In this document: positions 12,814 through 25,321 of the stretch, piece by piece | Position numbering within the stretch: position 1 is the first letter of the stretch | How the letters are laid out: every line of letters begins with the position of its first letter | Assembly (NCBI RefSeq): GCF_964188315.1 | Contig: NC_135667.1 | Span: forward strand, 25,854,001-25,918,000 | Origin: Podarcis muralis | Lineage: Eukaryota | Reading direction: 5' to 3' | Length of the DNA: 64,000 nucleotides | Notes under the pieces: generated by a model | What the model was told of the DNA's origin: nothing | Database searches by the model: none | Seen by the model: the letters and a program-made list of their open reading frames with translations, nothing else | Made by a program: the position numbers and the translations under genes

Positions 12814-15225
12814 TTTATTTATATCCCGCCCTCCCCAGCCGAAGCCGGGCTCAGGGCGGCTAACAACACTAAAACAGTACAACATTATAAATACATTCTA
12901 AAAATTAATTAAAATACAAATTGATGGCAACCATAGACTAAAGCTTTGTAGAGATTGCCAAAGGAGGGAGTCAGGCTGCGCCCTGACCAAAGGCCTGGTG
13001 GAACAGCTCTGTCTTGCAGGCCCTCCGGAAAGATGTCAAGTCCTGCAGGGCCCTTGTCTCTTGCGACAGAGCGTTCCACCAGGTTGGAGCCGCAACCGAA
13101 AAAGCTCTGGCTCTAGTTGAGGCCAGCCTAACCTCTCTGTGGCCTGGGACCTTCAAGATGTTTTTATTTGAAGACCGTAAGTTCCTCTGTGGGGCATACC
13201 AGGAGAGGCGGTCCCGTAGGTACGAGGGTCCTAGGCCGTATAGGGCTTTAAAGGTTAAAACCAGCACCTTAAACCTGATCCTGTACTCCACCGGGAGCCA
13301 GTGCAGCTGGTATAGCACCGGATGAATGTGATCTCGCAGCGAAGACCCCGTAAGGAGTCTCGCTGCAGCATTCTGCACCCGCTGGAGTTTCTGAGTCAGT
13401 CTCAAGGGCAGCCCCACGTAGAGCGAGTTACAATAATCCAGTCTGGAGGTGACCGTCGCGTGGATCACAGTGGCTAGGTCAGGGCGAGAGAGGTAAGGAG
13501 CCAACTGCTTAGCTTGGCGGAGATGAAAAAATGCCGCCTTTGTTATAGCTGCAATCTGCGCCTCCATGGAGAGGGAGGTATCGAAGATTACACCCAAACT
13601 CTTAACGGACGGTGCTGGCACTAATTGCACCCCCTCAAGAGAAGGGAGTTGCCCCCTCAATCTCATATCGTCCCGTCCCAGCCAGAGGACCTCTGTCTTC
13701 GAAGGATTTAACTTCAACCGGCTCCCACGTAACCGTCCAGCCACAGCTTCCAAGCATCTGATCAGTGTGTCTGGGGCCGAGTGAGGATGGCCATCCATCA
13801 ACAGATAGAGTTGGGTGTCATCAGCATACTGATGGCAGCCCAGCCCAAAACTCCGGACAAGCTGGGCAAGGGGGCGCATAAAGATGTTAAAAAGCATCGG
13901 GGAGAGAATCGCACCCTGAGGCACTCCACACACCAAGGAGTGGCGGGATGACAATTCCCCCCCAAGCGCCACCCTCTGTCCCCGACCAGAGAGAAACGAG
14001 CGCAGCCATTGAAGGGCTGTGCCCTGGATCCCCACGTCGGCAAGGCGGTGGTCCAGGAGTTCGTGATCGACCATGTCGAAGGCTGCTGACAGGTCTAGAA
14101 GAATCAGCAGCCCCGACCCGCCTCGATCCAGCTGCCTACGGAGATCATCTGTTAAGGCGACCAGAGCAGTCTCGGTCCCATGACCAGCGCAGAAGCCGGA
14201 CTGGAATGGATCCAGAGCCGATGTTTCATCCAGAAACCTACCAAGCTGTTCCGCAACCGCTCTCTCAATCACCTTACCCAGGAATGGAAGATTCGAAACC
14301 GGGCGGTAATTGGATAGATCTAGGGATCTAATGATGTTTTCTTTAAAAGCGGGCACACCACTGCCTCCTTCAGTTCCCCTGGGAATGTCCCGGTGCCAAG
14401 GGACAAATTGATGATATCCCCCAGGGGGGCCCGCACCTCGTCTGGACACGCTCTAATCAGCCAGGACGGGCACGGGTCGAGAGGACAAGTGGTGGGCTTT
14501 CCAGCTCGGAGGAGTCTGTCCACATCGGCTGGGGATATCCGGTCAAAGTGGTCCAATACTGGACCCGAGGACAGTCGAGGGGCCTCCAGTTCCTTTATTG
14601 TATCGAAATTGGCGGGGAGGTCATGGCGGAGCAACAGGACCTTCTCCGCAAAAAAGCTCGCAAATGCCTCACAGCTGTGTGTCCAATTGTTATTTAAATT
14701 TGGCTGTCCTTCGAGGGACGTTAAAGACCGAATTATACTAAATAATTGCGCCGGGCGAGAGCTAGCGGATGCAGTGGAGGCCGAGAAGTAGGACTTCTTA
14801 GCGGCCTTCACTGCCATCTCATAGGTTTTCATAAAAACTCTATAGGATGTTCTTGAAGCTCCGTCACGGGCACCCCGCCATACTCGCTCTAGCCGTCTGA
14901 GGTCCCGCTTCATTTTCCGGAGCTCCTCGGTAAACCAGGGAGCCCGGTTTCTGCGGGGTCGCAGAGGGCGCTTAGGTGCGATCTCATTGATGGCTGCCAG
15001 GAGCTGGGTATTCCAGCCCTCAACAAGCTCAGTCAATGAGTCACCAGGGGGAGCAAGGTCCCGCAAGGCTTGACGGAATCTATCAGGGTCCATCAGCCTC
15101 CGCGGGCGAGCCCAAATCGGCTCGCCACCCAAGCAGGGTGGGGGTGGAACGTCAATCCTGGCTTTCAGAGCGTAGTGATCAGACCATGGCACCTTCATCG
15201 AAGGAAACATGATCACATCTTGGTT
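12760..15225 (-). mobile_element. Young 5'-truncated L2 LINE (end of APE plus RT) with one frameshift
   Basis: ORF 14320-15315 (PWSDH endonuclease end, CPLDPCP) and ORF 12971-14449 (DLSAAFD, GVPQGAILSP, QYADD) join if 1 nt is restored near 14322 (KTSLDPLDLSNYRP). (TAA)n tail at 12760-12811; CpG-rich. Confidence 0.93.
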
Positions 15226-15337
15226 TGATTTTATATGTTGTGATCTTGTGAATCGCCCTGAGACCTCCAGGTATAGGGCAGTGTAAAAGTTGAAATAATA
15301 ATAACCGCTCTCCACATCAAATGGGGGGAGGAGCCTT

Positions 15338-15774
15338 TTGTGTGGTCACACACAGCCCCCCCTCCCGGTCCCATGCGGCTCCTGGCAGTGCAGCCTGGCT
15401 CCCCCCCCCGACTGGACACCTGGAGGTAGCTGCCTACCTCTGCCAGTTACCCAATCCCAGCTGGGGAGGCGTTGCCAGGAGAGAGTTGGTCAGGTAAAGG
15501 GAGGGATCAACCTGCCCACACAACAGTGGGTGGAACTTACCCGGGAATTCTCGGTTGGCTTCAGAGCTTCTCCCACCCTGCCCTCCCTCAGTTAAGCCTT
15601 CTTTTGCAGGTTAACCTCTTCTTCACAGGTACACGGGCACTGCTACGTTATGGTCACTGTTGAAGGGCCGGAAAGGAATTTTCCTGCATTGGCAGGTTTT
15701 GCCTTCCCTGTAGCAAAATGTCACAACTTTGGCAGTTTCAGGCCTTGGGTGGAATCTTGTAGTCTATCTTCCCT

Positions 15775-15809
<35 letters not shown>

Positions 15810-16192
15810 GCAGTGACCCACGCCCCCCCCTGCAGCGGTGATCCCAGGGTTCCCCGTTAAAGGGGTTGTTTTGAGGGGAGGCATTGGCCATATGCTAATA
15901 GGTTGTCATTGTTCTCCCCTGCGATGGCAGTGAAATGGGGGGCGGGCTCTCTGCTTGAACAGAAGTTCTCCAGAGCCAGCCCAATCCCCACACATTCTGA
16001 ATAACCCTGATGCTCTCCAGATCCCCTGCCGGGGACTGGGAGGGATAAGTACCCAATGCCTAAGCCAAGGTCTCCCTACATCTGAAGCTTTAATAAAGAT
16101 TTGGCCAAATTTTAATCCCATAACACGTTTTCTTGAGTCATTATTCCACTCGGGTGTCGCCTGGGGTTGGGAGGTCTCCACCTGTCTGTGCA

Positions 16193-16193
<1 letters not shown>
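15338..16193 (+). mobile_element. Short ORF-less Ngaro-related element (promoter-like left part plus polyA right part)
   Basis: Ends TTG...CAA. Contains ccaatgcctaagcc (16053) and aataaagatttggcc (16092), matching the right end of the element at 34938-34988. Internal (TG)n at 15777-15806. Confidence 0.6.
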
Positions 16194-16234
<41 letters not shown>

Positions 16235-16328
16235 TACAGTTTATTTATCATTTCTTCCTCTGCCACAACCATAAACTATCTCAGGGAGTGCAAGATTCAC
16301 ATCAAAATTGTTTGACAGAAGAATTTGA

Positions 16329-16835
16329 TTATTGAAGTATATACACTTTTTTGTTCCTCTTAGGTCTGAGTACAATAATGTAGCATTTTGGGGGAAAGAT
16401 AAAAACCAGCAAAGCAGAGCTAGAAGCCAAAATGACAAAAATTTCCACAGCTACTATAAATTTCCTCTTGCTGCTCAAATATGTAGGCACAAAAGACATC
16501 CAAACACAGCAAAATATCAGCATGCTGAAGGTTATGAATTTGGTGTCGTTAAAACCATCAGGCAATTTCCTGGCCAGGAAAGCAACTGTGAAGCTGACAA
16601 TGGCCAGAAAACCCATGTAGCCTAGTACAATGTAGAAAATGGATACAGATCCTTCATTACATACAAGCATGATTTGACCATGCATGGATGTCTTGTCCAC
16701 ATCTGGAAATGAAGGATATATTCCAAGCCAGACGCAACTAATGCCAACCTGAACAAGGGAACAGAAGACACCAATGAGTTTGCCAGTCTTTTTCCTAACC
16801 ATTTCCGCATATGATTCCCTGGATTTCTAGCCATA
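16329..16835 (-). pseudogene. V2R pseudogene fragment (3' half of the 7TM exon)
   Basis: [27 protein letters not shown] and [10 protein letters not shown] motifs. Frameshift near 16770 ([12 protein letters not shown] in another frame). No upstream exons. Confidence 0.9.
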
Positions 16836-17063
16836 TGAAGATGAAGATCAGAATAAGTGATTCTTATTTCTCCAGTCCTGGTGTCTGTCAGGCAAACCTG
16901 ATTAAACCAAGCTCTTGTGAGATTTTAAGAAATGGGTGAAAGAGGAGAAGGGTTATCTAAAAACTGTGGCAGGAAGCTTACAGTGGCCCGGTTTAGCAAC
17001 TATCCTTGTTGAACTCACCAGCTAAGTTTGCTATTACAGGGAGTTGGGCTACAGGTGTGTGTT

Positions 17064-17103
<40 letters not shown>

Positions 17104-18759
17104 CGCGCACAGTGTGGAAGAATGAGTGAGATATATTTTTTGAGTCTTTTGTGGTCTAGTGGTCCCCCAACTGAAGGAAACCAAAATCCTATAGCGTTAT
17201 CTCCAAAACCTTTGAGATTTCAAATAAATACAATGAAATCTGAATATCATATCCCCTATGGGATTGTTGATTGCTTATTCACCTGCTAGCTTCAGTCTTC
17301 AAAATTACACTCCATTTTGCCTTCCCACCACGGGAATATTTGTTGTGTTATTGTATCATCCTTGCTGTCTCAAGTGGTTCGTGGTTTCATTGTAATCAGT
17401 GACTGGATAAAGTATTTACTTCCACAGTGATATATAGAGTCAATATGATTACAGGAGGGTGTTTATTCTTCAGGTGAATCTTGATGCTACACTGCAGTAT
17501 TTGGGAATTTCTCTTGCTCTTCTAATTTTGCACTTAGCAAGTCTTTATCCCTTTCTTTACTTCCCAGTTTTTCACCATCAAAGAGAGGAGAAACTGAGCC
17601 TCACAGGTACATAATGGGGAATAACTTTGTATGGGAAAGAGAAGAAGTTCTCTTGCAGTTAAGCTCACTTTCACAAGTTATGGTGGTGGTCACCAACTTG
17701 GATCGCTTTAATAGAGGATAAGAAAAAAATCATGGTGAATAATGGCTACTAGCCACAATGCCTATGTTCTACCTCCACTGCTGGTGGTGGTATGTCTCTA
17801 AATGCCAGTTGTTTGGAATCACAAGTGAGGAGAGAGCTGTTATATGGTCCTGCTTGTGGGCTTTCTGTATGCATCTGGTTGGCCTCTATTAGAAAAAGCT
17901 GCTAAACTAGATGACTTTTTGTCTGATGTTGGATTAGATGGTTTTGTCTGATGTTGGATTAGAAGTATTCTCCTGTCACATCCTTATGGTCCAGGGAGGA
18001 GAAGGAGATCCAGGAAGGAGATTCAGGAAATCTGGAATAGATAGGGTAGTCTCCCACCCCATCCATCTGATCCAGAATGCTTGATGGGCCTTTGGTCTGA
18101 TCCAGTAAGGCTCATCTTATGTTCTTAATAGACTTTCTGTTAAGGATGACCACCAACACCACAATCTAGCATTTAAGCCTGCAGAGGTGAGCTAACAATT
18201 CTTATTAAAGATTCCCCCCCCCCCTAAAAATCACTTGAATTTTTGTTGTTGCTGTTGTTGAGCACCTCTAGTGCTGTTTCAGTCCTCACCTGGAGAATAC
18301 TGCGCAAAATAGTTGCCCTTCCCATTTTACATTACAAATATTTTAATATCGTTACACAAGTCAAAGCCTTTGCCACCTCCTACTCCTTCCATTCTGTCTT
18401 AGTTCATTGCTTCCTTTATCCACAGATATGATAAGAGAAAATTCTGCCTCAGTGCTTTCATTTTGGCAAACACATATTTACAGCATCTATTCTCTGGCCT
18501 GTGAAGATTTCTTGCATTTGTTGGCCACAAATGAAAGGGAGGGTTGTTAGATTTATGTGCTCCACTTTCTCCCACACGAACTCTATGAAATAGGCTAGGC
18601 TTGCCCAATGGCCATTGTGTCAACTTCATAGCTATCACAGTAGGGAACATGTCTGGCCTTGTAGTATCTGAGACCAACATTTTTTACTAGGGCTATCTGA
18701 AACATTCTGAGATTTTGTTTCCAACCCCTTAACACAAATCAGCTGTTTTGCCACAGGAT

Positions 18760-18837
<78 letters not shown>

Positions 18838-18943
18838 CATCTAGTCCCACCCTCTGCAATGCAGGAATATGCAGCTCTCTCATGCAGGGATTAAACCTGC
18901 AACCTTGGCATTATCAGCACCAGGCTCTAACCTACTGAGCTAT
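18838..18943 (-). mobile_element. tRNA-derived SINE with CR1-like tail (partial)
   Basis: Minus strand reads tagctcagtaggttagagcctggtgctgataatgccaaggttgcaggtttaatccct...tattcctgcattgcagagggtgggactagatg; adjacent to a (TG)n(AG)n repeat. Confidence 0.65.
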
Positions 18944-19485
18944 ATGTTTTCTTAGAACTGGGACAACATTTAAAGGACGTTCTTTTTTGACCAATCATTG
19001 GTCAAAGGTTTTGAATGCAGATGGTTTATGCAGCTTCCTACAACCTTTCCTGCCAAGCCTTTGTAAGGTAAGTGCCACCCCCCTCCTGAAATTTATGGAG
19101 AAATATATTTTCCCCAAGAAAGCAGCACAAAATCCAACCCCACCCCACCCTATTATGATTGAAGGGCATATTTTCAGGAAATTGGGATGGGGAAGAAATT
19201 CAGAGCACCAAAACTATTTGATTTTTTTCTGGAACTTTTCTGCCAACTGTTTAACCATATTTATGGCAGGATGCAGACACCCGTTGAAGTGTTTTCAGCA
19301 ATATTTCATAGTGGAGAGTGTGGACTCCCAAGAGGGTTGTTAGTATGAGCATAGGTGTTGCAATTCTCTCTGAAATGTAAGGAATCACATATTTCTTAGT
19401 CTTCTTTAGATATATATTTTCCATATATAATCATGACATTCTAAAATAATTCTTTTATCTGCTTTTTCTAAAAATCCCAGCAACA

Positions 19486-20439
19486 ATGGAGAATCAGACA
19501 CAGAGCACTCACTTCATACTCATGGGCTTAACAGACCAACAGGAAGTTCAAATGGTCTTGTTTGTTTTCTTCTTCCTCCTCTATCTAGTAACTGTGTTGG
19601 GCAACAGTACTATTGTGTGTGTGGTGGTGACTGAGACCAAACTCCACACACCTATGTATTTTTTCCTCGGTAACCTTTCTTGCTTGGACATTTGCTACTC
19701 TACAGTCATCCTTCCCAAGATGCTATCTGGATTCCTGTTGGCTCATCGAAGAATCTCCTTTGTTGGATGCATCACCCAGCTTCATTTCTTCCATTTCCTA
19801 GGAAGCAGTGAGGCTCTTCTTCTAGCTGTCATGGCTTATGATCGCTATGTGGCCATATGCAATCCATTGCACTATCCAGTCATTATGTGCAGACGTGTGT
19901 GTATTCTACTGGCCGCCACCACTTGGACTATAGGGTTCTTTCATGCCCTGATGCACACAGTTATGACATCCCAACTTCATTTCTGTGGCCCCAATATCAT
20001 CAAGCATTTCTTTTGTGATATCAAGCCACTACTGAGACTGGCATGCAGTAGCACACAACTCAATCTTAGTCTCCTCAATGTAGTCACGGGCTCAATTGTC
20101 ATGATCCCTTTCTTCTTGACACTCCTTTCCTACCTCTATATCATCATCTTCCTGTTACTGAAGGTCAAGTCACACAGAGGGAGATGGAAGGCCTTTTCCA
20201 CCTGCAGCAGTCACCTCACAGTTGTAGGTTTGCTCTATGTGCCAGTTTTGTTCAATTACCTCCCTCCAACATCAGGAGACTTACCTCAGAGAGACATGAT
20301 AGCCACCCTCATGTACAGTGTAGTTACATCTTTCTTAAACCCTTTGATCTATACCCTGAGGAACCAGGATATGAAGTCAGCTCTGAGGAAAAGCCTGGGG
20401 AGATTGCTGATCACTGTGAGGATACAGATATTGATGTGA
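19486..20439 (+). CDS. Intact olfactory receptor, OR12D-like, 317 aa
   Basis: LHTPMYFFL, QLHFFHFLGSSE, MAYDRYVAIC, HFFCDIKPLL, KAFSTCSSHL, NPLIYTLRN. Acceptor AG at 19479-19480. Confidence 0.95.
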   Translation: MENQTQSTHFILMGLTDQQEVQMVLFVFFFLLYLVTVLGNSTIVCVVVTETKLHTPMYFFLGNLSCLDICYSTVILPKMLSGFLLAHRRISFVGCITQLHFFHFLGSSEALLLAVMAYDRYVAICNPLHYPVIMCRRVCILLAATTWTIGFFHALMHTVMTSQLHFCGPNIIKHFFCDIKPLLRLACSSTQLNLSLLNVVTGSIVMIPFFLTLLSYLYIIIFLLLKVKSHRGRWKAFSTCSSHLTVVGLLYVPVLFNYLPPTSGDLPQRDMIATLMYSVVTSFLNPLIYTLRNQDMKSALRKSLGRLLITVRIQILM

Positions 20440-20682
20440 AATCTATTTCTCAGTTTGTAACACTGTCAGCTGAAATAGGATTGAACAATCTGATAAATGA
20501 TGCAGGCATGTAATGAGAAAATAGGGTTTTGTTTCTGGTATTGAGAAGTGCATGGTGGAGGAAAGAGATAAAGAGAAATACAAGCCCAGACCCTGCTCGC
20601 ATTATCTAGGGCATTCCACTTTATATTTGCCCTTATTACATTAGATGATGACATATCTGGCAACCTAATCCACCATGTATTT

Positions 20683-20998
20683 TCTTGGGAGTTCTGCCTG
20701 TCCAGTGTGTTTCCCTGTGCGGAAAACACTGCTTTTCCCTCTGCGCAATCTTCTGGGAAAAACTTCACCTAAGGCAGAGTAGCAGGGTAGCAGCGGTTGC
20801 CTTCGTGTGTAAGAAGAAGGAAAAGAGAGTCCAAACACTGTACTTCTATTCTACAGCGTTTATTTACAAGCAAAGCAGCAAACTCCATCAGAGCTAGAAC
20901 ACATAAACTAAAATACACAGACATGCCTGACTTCCATAGAAGTCCCTCCCAGGCACAGGGCATACCAGAGGTTAACCCATTAACCACCATACTCCACA
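20683..20998 (-). mobile_element. Probable small solo LTR (316 bp)
   Basis: Flanked by tattt at 20678-20682 and 20999-21003. Minus strand starts TGTGGAG, contains AATAAA and ends ctcccaaga (degenerate CA). Confidence 0.45.
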
Positions 20999-21662
20999 TA
21001 TTTTATTTTATGTATTTTATTTCTTTGTTTATAAAACAATCTGACCTACCTTTGAGTTATGTGGCCCCTCCATAATTTGGGCCCCAAGCTGCTCTGTATA
21101 TATTGAGTCTCTGTCCCATATTCTCTATAACAGGGGATCCAAAAATAGCTATAAAATTCCAAATTTTGGAAATTTGTAGAGACAGGAGCTCCTGCAAAGT
21201 GGCTTAAGCCTGCCAAACTGCACACAAATAAGCCCAGATGTTTTTTTCTTCGGGTATATAGCACTGCCTGGCTGTGGTTTTGTTGTTGTTAAGGCAGAGA
21301 AACCTGATTTTTTTTCCAGCAGCAGCAATTGGAAAAGTGTTCTTTTAAAATAATGATAATGATAATAAAAATTAATCCAGACATGTTTAGTGTTACAGAG
21401 GCAACATTCAACATTTGGATAGCCTCACTTCTTGCAAAACATGTGGACTTAAGGAAACAGAAATATAGGGAAACATAGAGTTAGATAGTCAGAAAATTTA
21501 CAGTGAAAAAGAAATAGAAATTGTTTTCTGGGGCCCTTGATTTGACTTGTGGAGTTTATTAAGATCGTGTTTCAACTGGGGAGAATGCCCCCAAATCATC
21601 CGAATTTACCTTTTTTGGAAGCTTCTCTCAGCATTATGATAACAATGGAAAGGTGGAATATA

Positions 21663-21729
<67 letters not shown>

Positions 21730-23314
21730 ACGCGTGCATATCCCTTAATTTCCAGGCTTTATTTTCTAGTCTGAACTATTGCTTGATCAACAGACCCTCT
21801 AATAAAGTTGCCTGTGAACCACAACAAGTTTCTCCTCTGTTTTTATTCTTCTTCTGAATAATTTAATCAAATATCATCTTGGAACTTTTAAAGGAATTGT
21901 TTGCAAGAAAAATATTATTTTTGGAAGAGCAATATTTTTTTCCAATGTTCTTATTCTGGAGCACCAAAGCAATAATTTCACACACACACCCCCTTTGAAT
22001 TCAGAAAAAAATTGCATTGTGAATAGTGTTTTGTTGTTTCCTTTTCAGCCTGCTGCACAGTGCCTGTTAATTAGATTTGTGGACAATCACAGATATAAAC
22101 TGGCAGCCCTGAGTAGCCTGACTGATTGACCAGCGATTGGAAACCCCACAGTCTATTGTTCTCTAGCATCATATACCATCTGGATGCATGTTTGGTACAT
22201 GTCTTTGGGGCGTGCCAGTTTCAGAGCCAAGCTGTCATGTTTATTAATAAGTTAATTTGGCACTTCATTGAGTCACTTTTGAATGTTAGATACAGGAAGG
22301 GAAACAGTTAAGTTTCAGCTAATAACCTATTATTGGCACCTTTAAAGGTGAAGAGCTGGCCTGACGGTTTGCTCTCTGGGCTATGGGCCCCTGGTGTGGG
22401 ATGGTTAAGTTCTATACTGCTCTACCCAGTATTTAGAGTAAGTTGGGTCACTTAAAGTCCAGAAGGTTAAAAGGCTGTTTAGTGAAGACAGAGATAAAGA
22501 ATAAAAACAAAAACAATTTTCTGGCAATAGTTAAGTAGTTAAGAAGGAGCGAGTGGTTTTGCTGGTTCGCTTGCCTTACTTCTTTCTCATTCTGTATGTT
22601 GCAGTCTGCAGTGCCTGCTGATGTTCATGAGAATTTTGGTTCTGCAAGCCACCAAGGTGGGAATGGATGGTGATTCCATTGCTGCAAGAATATTATGGAA
22701 GTTGTGCAACTAATTCCTTTGTCACTTTTAGAAGCCCTTTCTTAATTAATGTATTCCACATCACTACTACTACCAGTTGAAATGAGTAATTGGTCTCCAG
22801 TGCATATAATAATATGGTGTGGGACTCATGAAGCCAGTTCTTATATACATTTTGCCTCAAGGGGCTAATGTGCCCCTGGCCATTACAGCTATAGAGATAT
22901 AGCTACTTTTATTTATAGCACTGTATTGTTAGCTACGTTTCAGCAGCATAAGCACTTGGATAGGAGGTACACTGTCCTTCAATGCATCTTCAATAGAAAT
23001 TCAAACAGATTGGTAAGTTTCAAGTACGGACAAATGTTGAGATCAAACATTCAGAAAATATCTTCAAAAAGAGAGAGTCAAAAATGCATCAAAAATAAGA
23101 ATCTTAAAAATGAGAAAGGGGTAAAAATCCAAATTGATTACTGTGAATGCAAAACCTGTAAGGATGTGATTAAATTGGTCCGTTTTGTTTAGTGGGTTAG
23201 ATCCAGATTTAATCTTGCTTAGTTGAGATCCATTGAAATAAATAGGATTTGAGGTATTTAGCAGTACTACATGGAAAAAGGCATCATGCATATCCCTACT
23301 AGAGGCTGCAGTGG

Positions 23315-23599
23315 AGGGCTTATTCACACTTGCTTTTCCTTGACTCTTTCTAGGCATGGACCACACTTTAAAGCTCCATGTCTGAGTAGCTCTTCTTTTT
23401 GCTCTGGACCTTTCCCCATGAAAACCTGCTCTTAAAGCTCAATCAGAGCAAATAGCAATCCATGGAAAACTCAAATTGATTGAGCACTAAAGAGCATGTT
23501 TTTTTTCAGGGGCAAAACAATAACACTTAGACAGAGAGTTTTTAGGCACAGACTTGTGTCTGGAAACAGTGGGGTAAAAGTTAAATGTGGATAAGCCCT
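23315..23599. mobile_element. MITE with 17-bp terminal inverted repeats
   Basis: agggcttattcacactt versus aaatgtggataagccct (15/17 complementary). TSD unclear. Confidence 0.55.
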
Positions 23600-23679
23600 G
23601 ACAAGACATTTCAGTTATTTATGTTGTGTCCTTACTAAAATCTACAGGTTTTAACAGGCTACCACTTCTGTGAAAACAG

Positions 23680-24618
23680 ATGAAGAACCAGACAGAAGTG
23701 AGCCAGTTTATCTTACTAGGCTTGACAGATCTCCAAGGACTGCAACCTTTTCTCTTTCTACTCTTTTTGATGTTGTACCTCATCAGTCTGCTAGGAAACA
23801 GTATCATTTTGTTTGCAGTGCTGACTGAAGCTCACCTCCACACACCCATGTACTTCTTCCTCAGCAATCTTTCGTGCCTGGACATTTGCTATGCTACAGT
23901 CACTGTGCCCAAGATGCTGGCAGGCTTTATATCTGGACCTCAGTACATTTCCTTCAGTGGATGCCTAACTCAACTCCATTTCTTTCACTTCACTGGAAGC
24001 AGTGAAGGTGTCCTTCTGGCAGTTATGGCCTATGACCGCTATGTGGCTATATGCAATCCTCTGCGTTACATTGTTATTATGAACAAATGCACATGCCTCT
24101 TGCTTGCAGCAGCTTCTTGGGGCACTGGATTCTGCCATGCACTCATGCACACTGTGATGACCTCCCGGCTGCACTTCTGTGGCCCAAACCTTGTCCAGCA
24201 CTTCTTTTGTGACATCAAGCCACTGCTGAAGTTAGCTTGCAGTAGCATCCAGCTCAACATCAGCCTTCTCAATACAGTCACTGGCTTAATTGTCATGATC
24301 CCATTCATCCTCACACTCTTCTCCTACCTCTATATAATATCTTTTCTCCTTCTGAAGGTCAAGTCAAACAAAGCAAGATGGAAAGCTTTCTCCACATGCA
24401 CATCCCACCTCACAGTTGTGCATTTGCTCTATGTGCCTGTTTTATTCAACTATTTGCCTTCCTCGGGAGATATACCACTGTCGGACATGATAGCCACCCT
24501 CATGTACAATGTAGGTGTCTCAGTATTAAATCCCCTTATTTATACCCTGAGAAACAAGGAAATGAAATTAGCCATAAGGAAAATACTGGTAGCTTGTTGC
24601 TGTCAAAAGGTGAGATGA
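23680..24618 (+). CDS. Intact olfactory receptor, OR12D-like, 312 aa
   Basis: Same OR motifs as 19486; AG immediately before the ATG. Appears to be the closest in-window paralog of 19486. Confidence 0.95.
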   Translation: MKNQTEVSQFILLGLTDLQGLQPFLFLLFLMLYLISLLGNSIILFAVLTEAHLHTPMYFFLSNLSCLDICYATVTVPKMLAGFISGPQYISFSGCLTQLHFFHFTGSSEGVLLAVMAYDRYVAICNPLRYIVIMNKCTCLLLAAASWGTGFCHALMHTVMTSRLHFCGPNLVQHFFCDIKPLLKLACSSIQLNISLLNTVTGLIVMIPFILTLFSYLYIISFLLLKVKSNKARWKAFSTCTSHLTVVHLLYVPVLFNYLPSSGDIPLSDMIATLMYNVGVSVLNPLIYTLRNKEMKLAIRKILVACCCQKVR

Positions 24619-24907
24619 CATGTCTTCCTGTTTGCAGAGGCCGATAGGTGAAATGTGAGAGCAATAGTTCAAATGTGAGGCTGTACAGTGATATCGCATC
24701 TTCTTTGGATGCAGGGGGTCTCAGATTCAATCACCAGTATCTTCAGGTAGGGCTGAGAGAGAATCCTACCTGAACAGAGTGGCTATGGATTATAGACTAT
24801 GACCCCAAGATTTCACTTCTGGTCAGTTCCAGCCAGCATTCAGCATGAATGAGTGCATATGTGAAGTTAGGACTCTCTCCACCCTGCAATGTGCATCACA
24901 TTACACT

Positions 24908-25321
24908 TTGTTTGGTGGCCTGGCTAGGGGGCAGGGGATTGAGGCACCCCTCAAGCCATCCCCTGGCCATGTCACACTACACGGCCAATCAATGCTGGCA
25001 GGGTGTATGGCCATGGGTGTTTTAAACCGCAGCACAGTTGGGGCGCTAGGGCCATGCCATGACCCCAAGGGGTACCGCTCAGGGTGGCCCTATTTGATGT
25101 CAGTCATAGGGCTTCCCCTTCTGGTGTTTTAACATTAGTTTGACTCTCTGCAGACAGGCGGGAGTCAAGATATAGTTGGGCTTCATCCAATGCCTAAGCC
25201 AAACCACTCACATCTGTAACCAATAAAGTTATGGCCTGTTTTAGCCCATTAACCTACATACTCGTGTCTGTGTGTTTATTAATCAATAGGTAACTGTGGG
25301 GCACAGGGCTTTGGCACACAA
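24908..25321 (+). mobile_element. 414-bp ORF-less Ngaro-related element
   Basis: TTG...CAA ends. CCAAT and TTTTAAA in the left half. ccaatgcctaagcc (25187) and aataaagttatggcc (25222) match 34938-34988. Confidence 0.65.

Noticed and set aside
12718-12912. Poly-Ile/poly-Asn ORFs (also 16133, 46764, 53596)
   Set aside because: Translations of (TAA)n LINE tails.
18838-18943. tRNA-like sequences (also 25322 and the Sauria SINE heads)
   Set aside because: Degenerate and attached to LINE-derived tails, so SINEs rather than tRNA genes.
19320-19340. O/E-like motif ctcccaagag upstream of an OR
   Set aside because: Single short match inside a probable 5' intron; expected by chance and not repeated at the other ORs.
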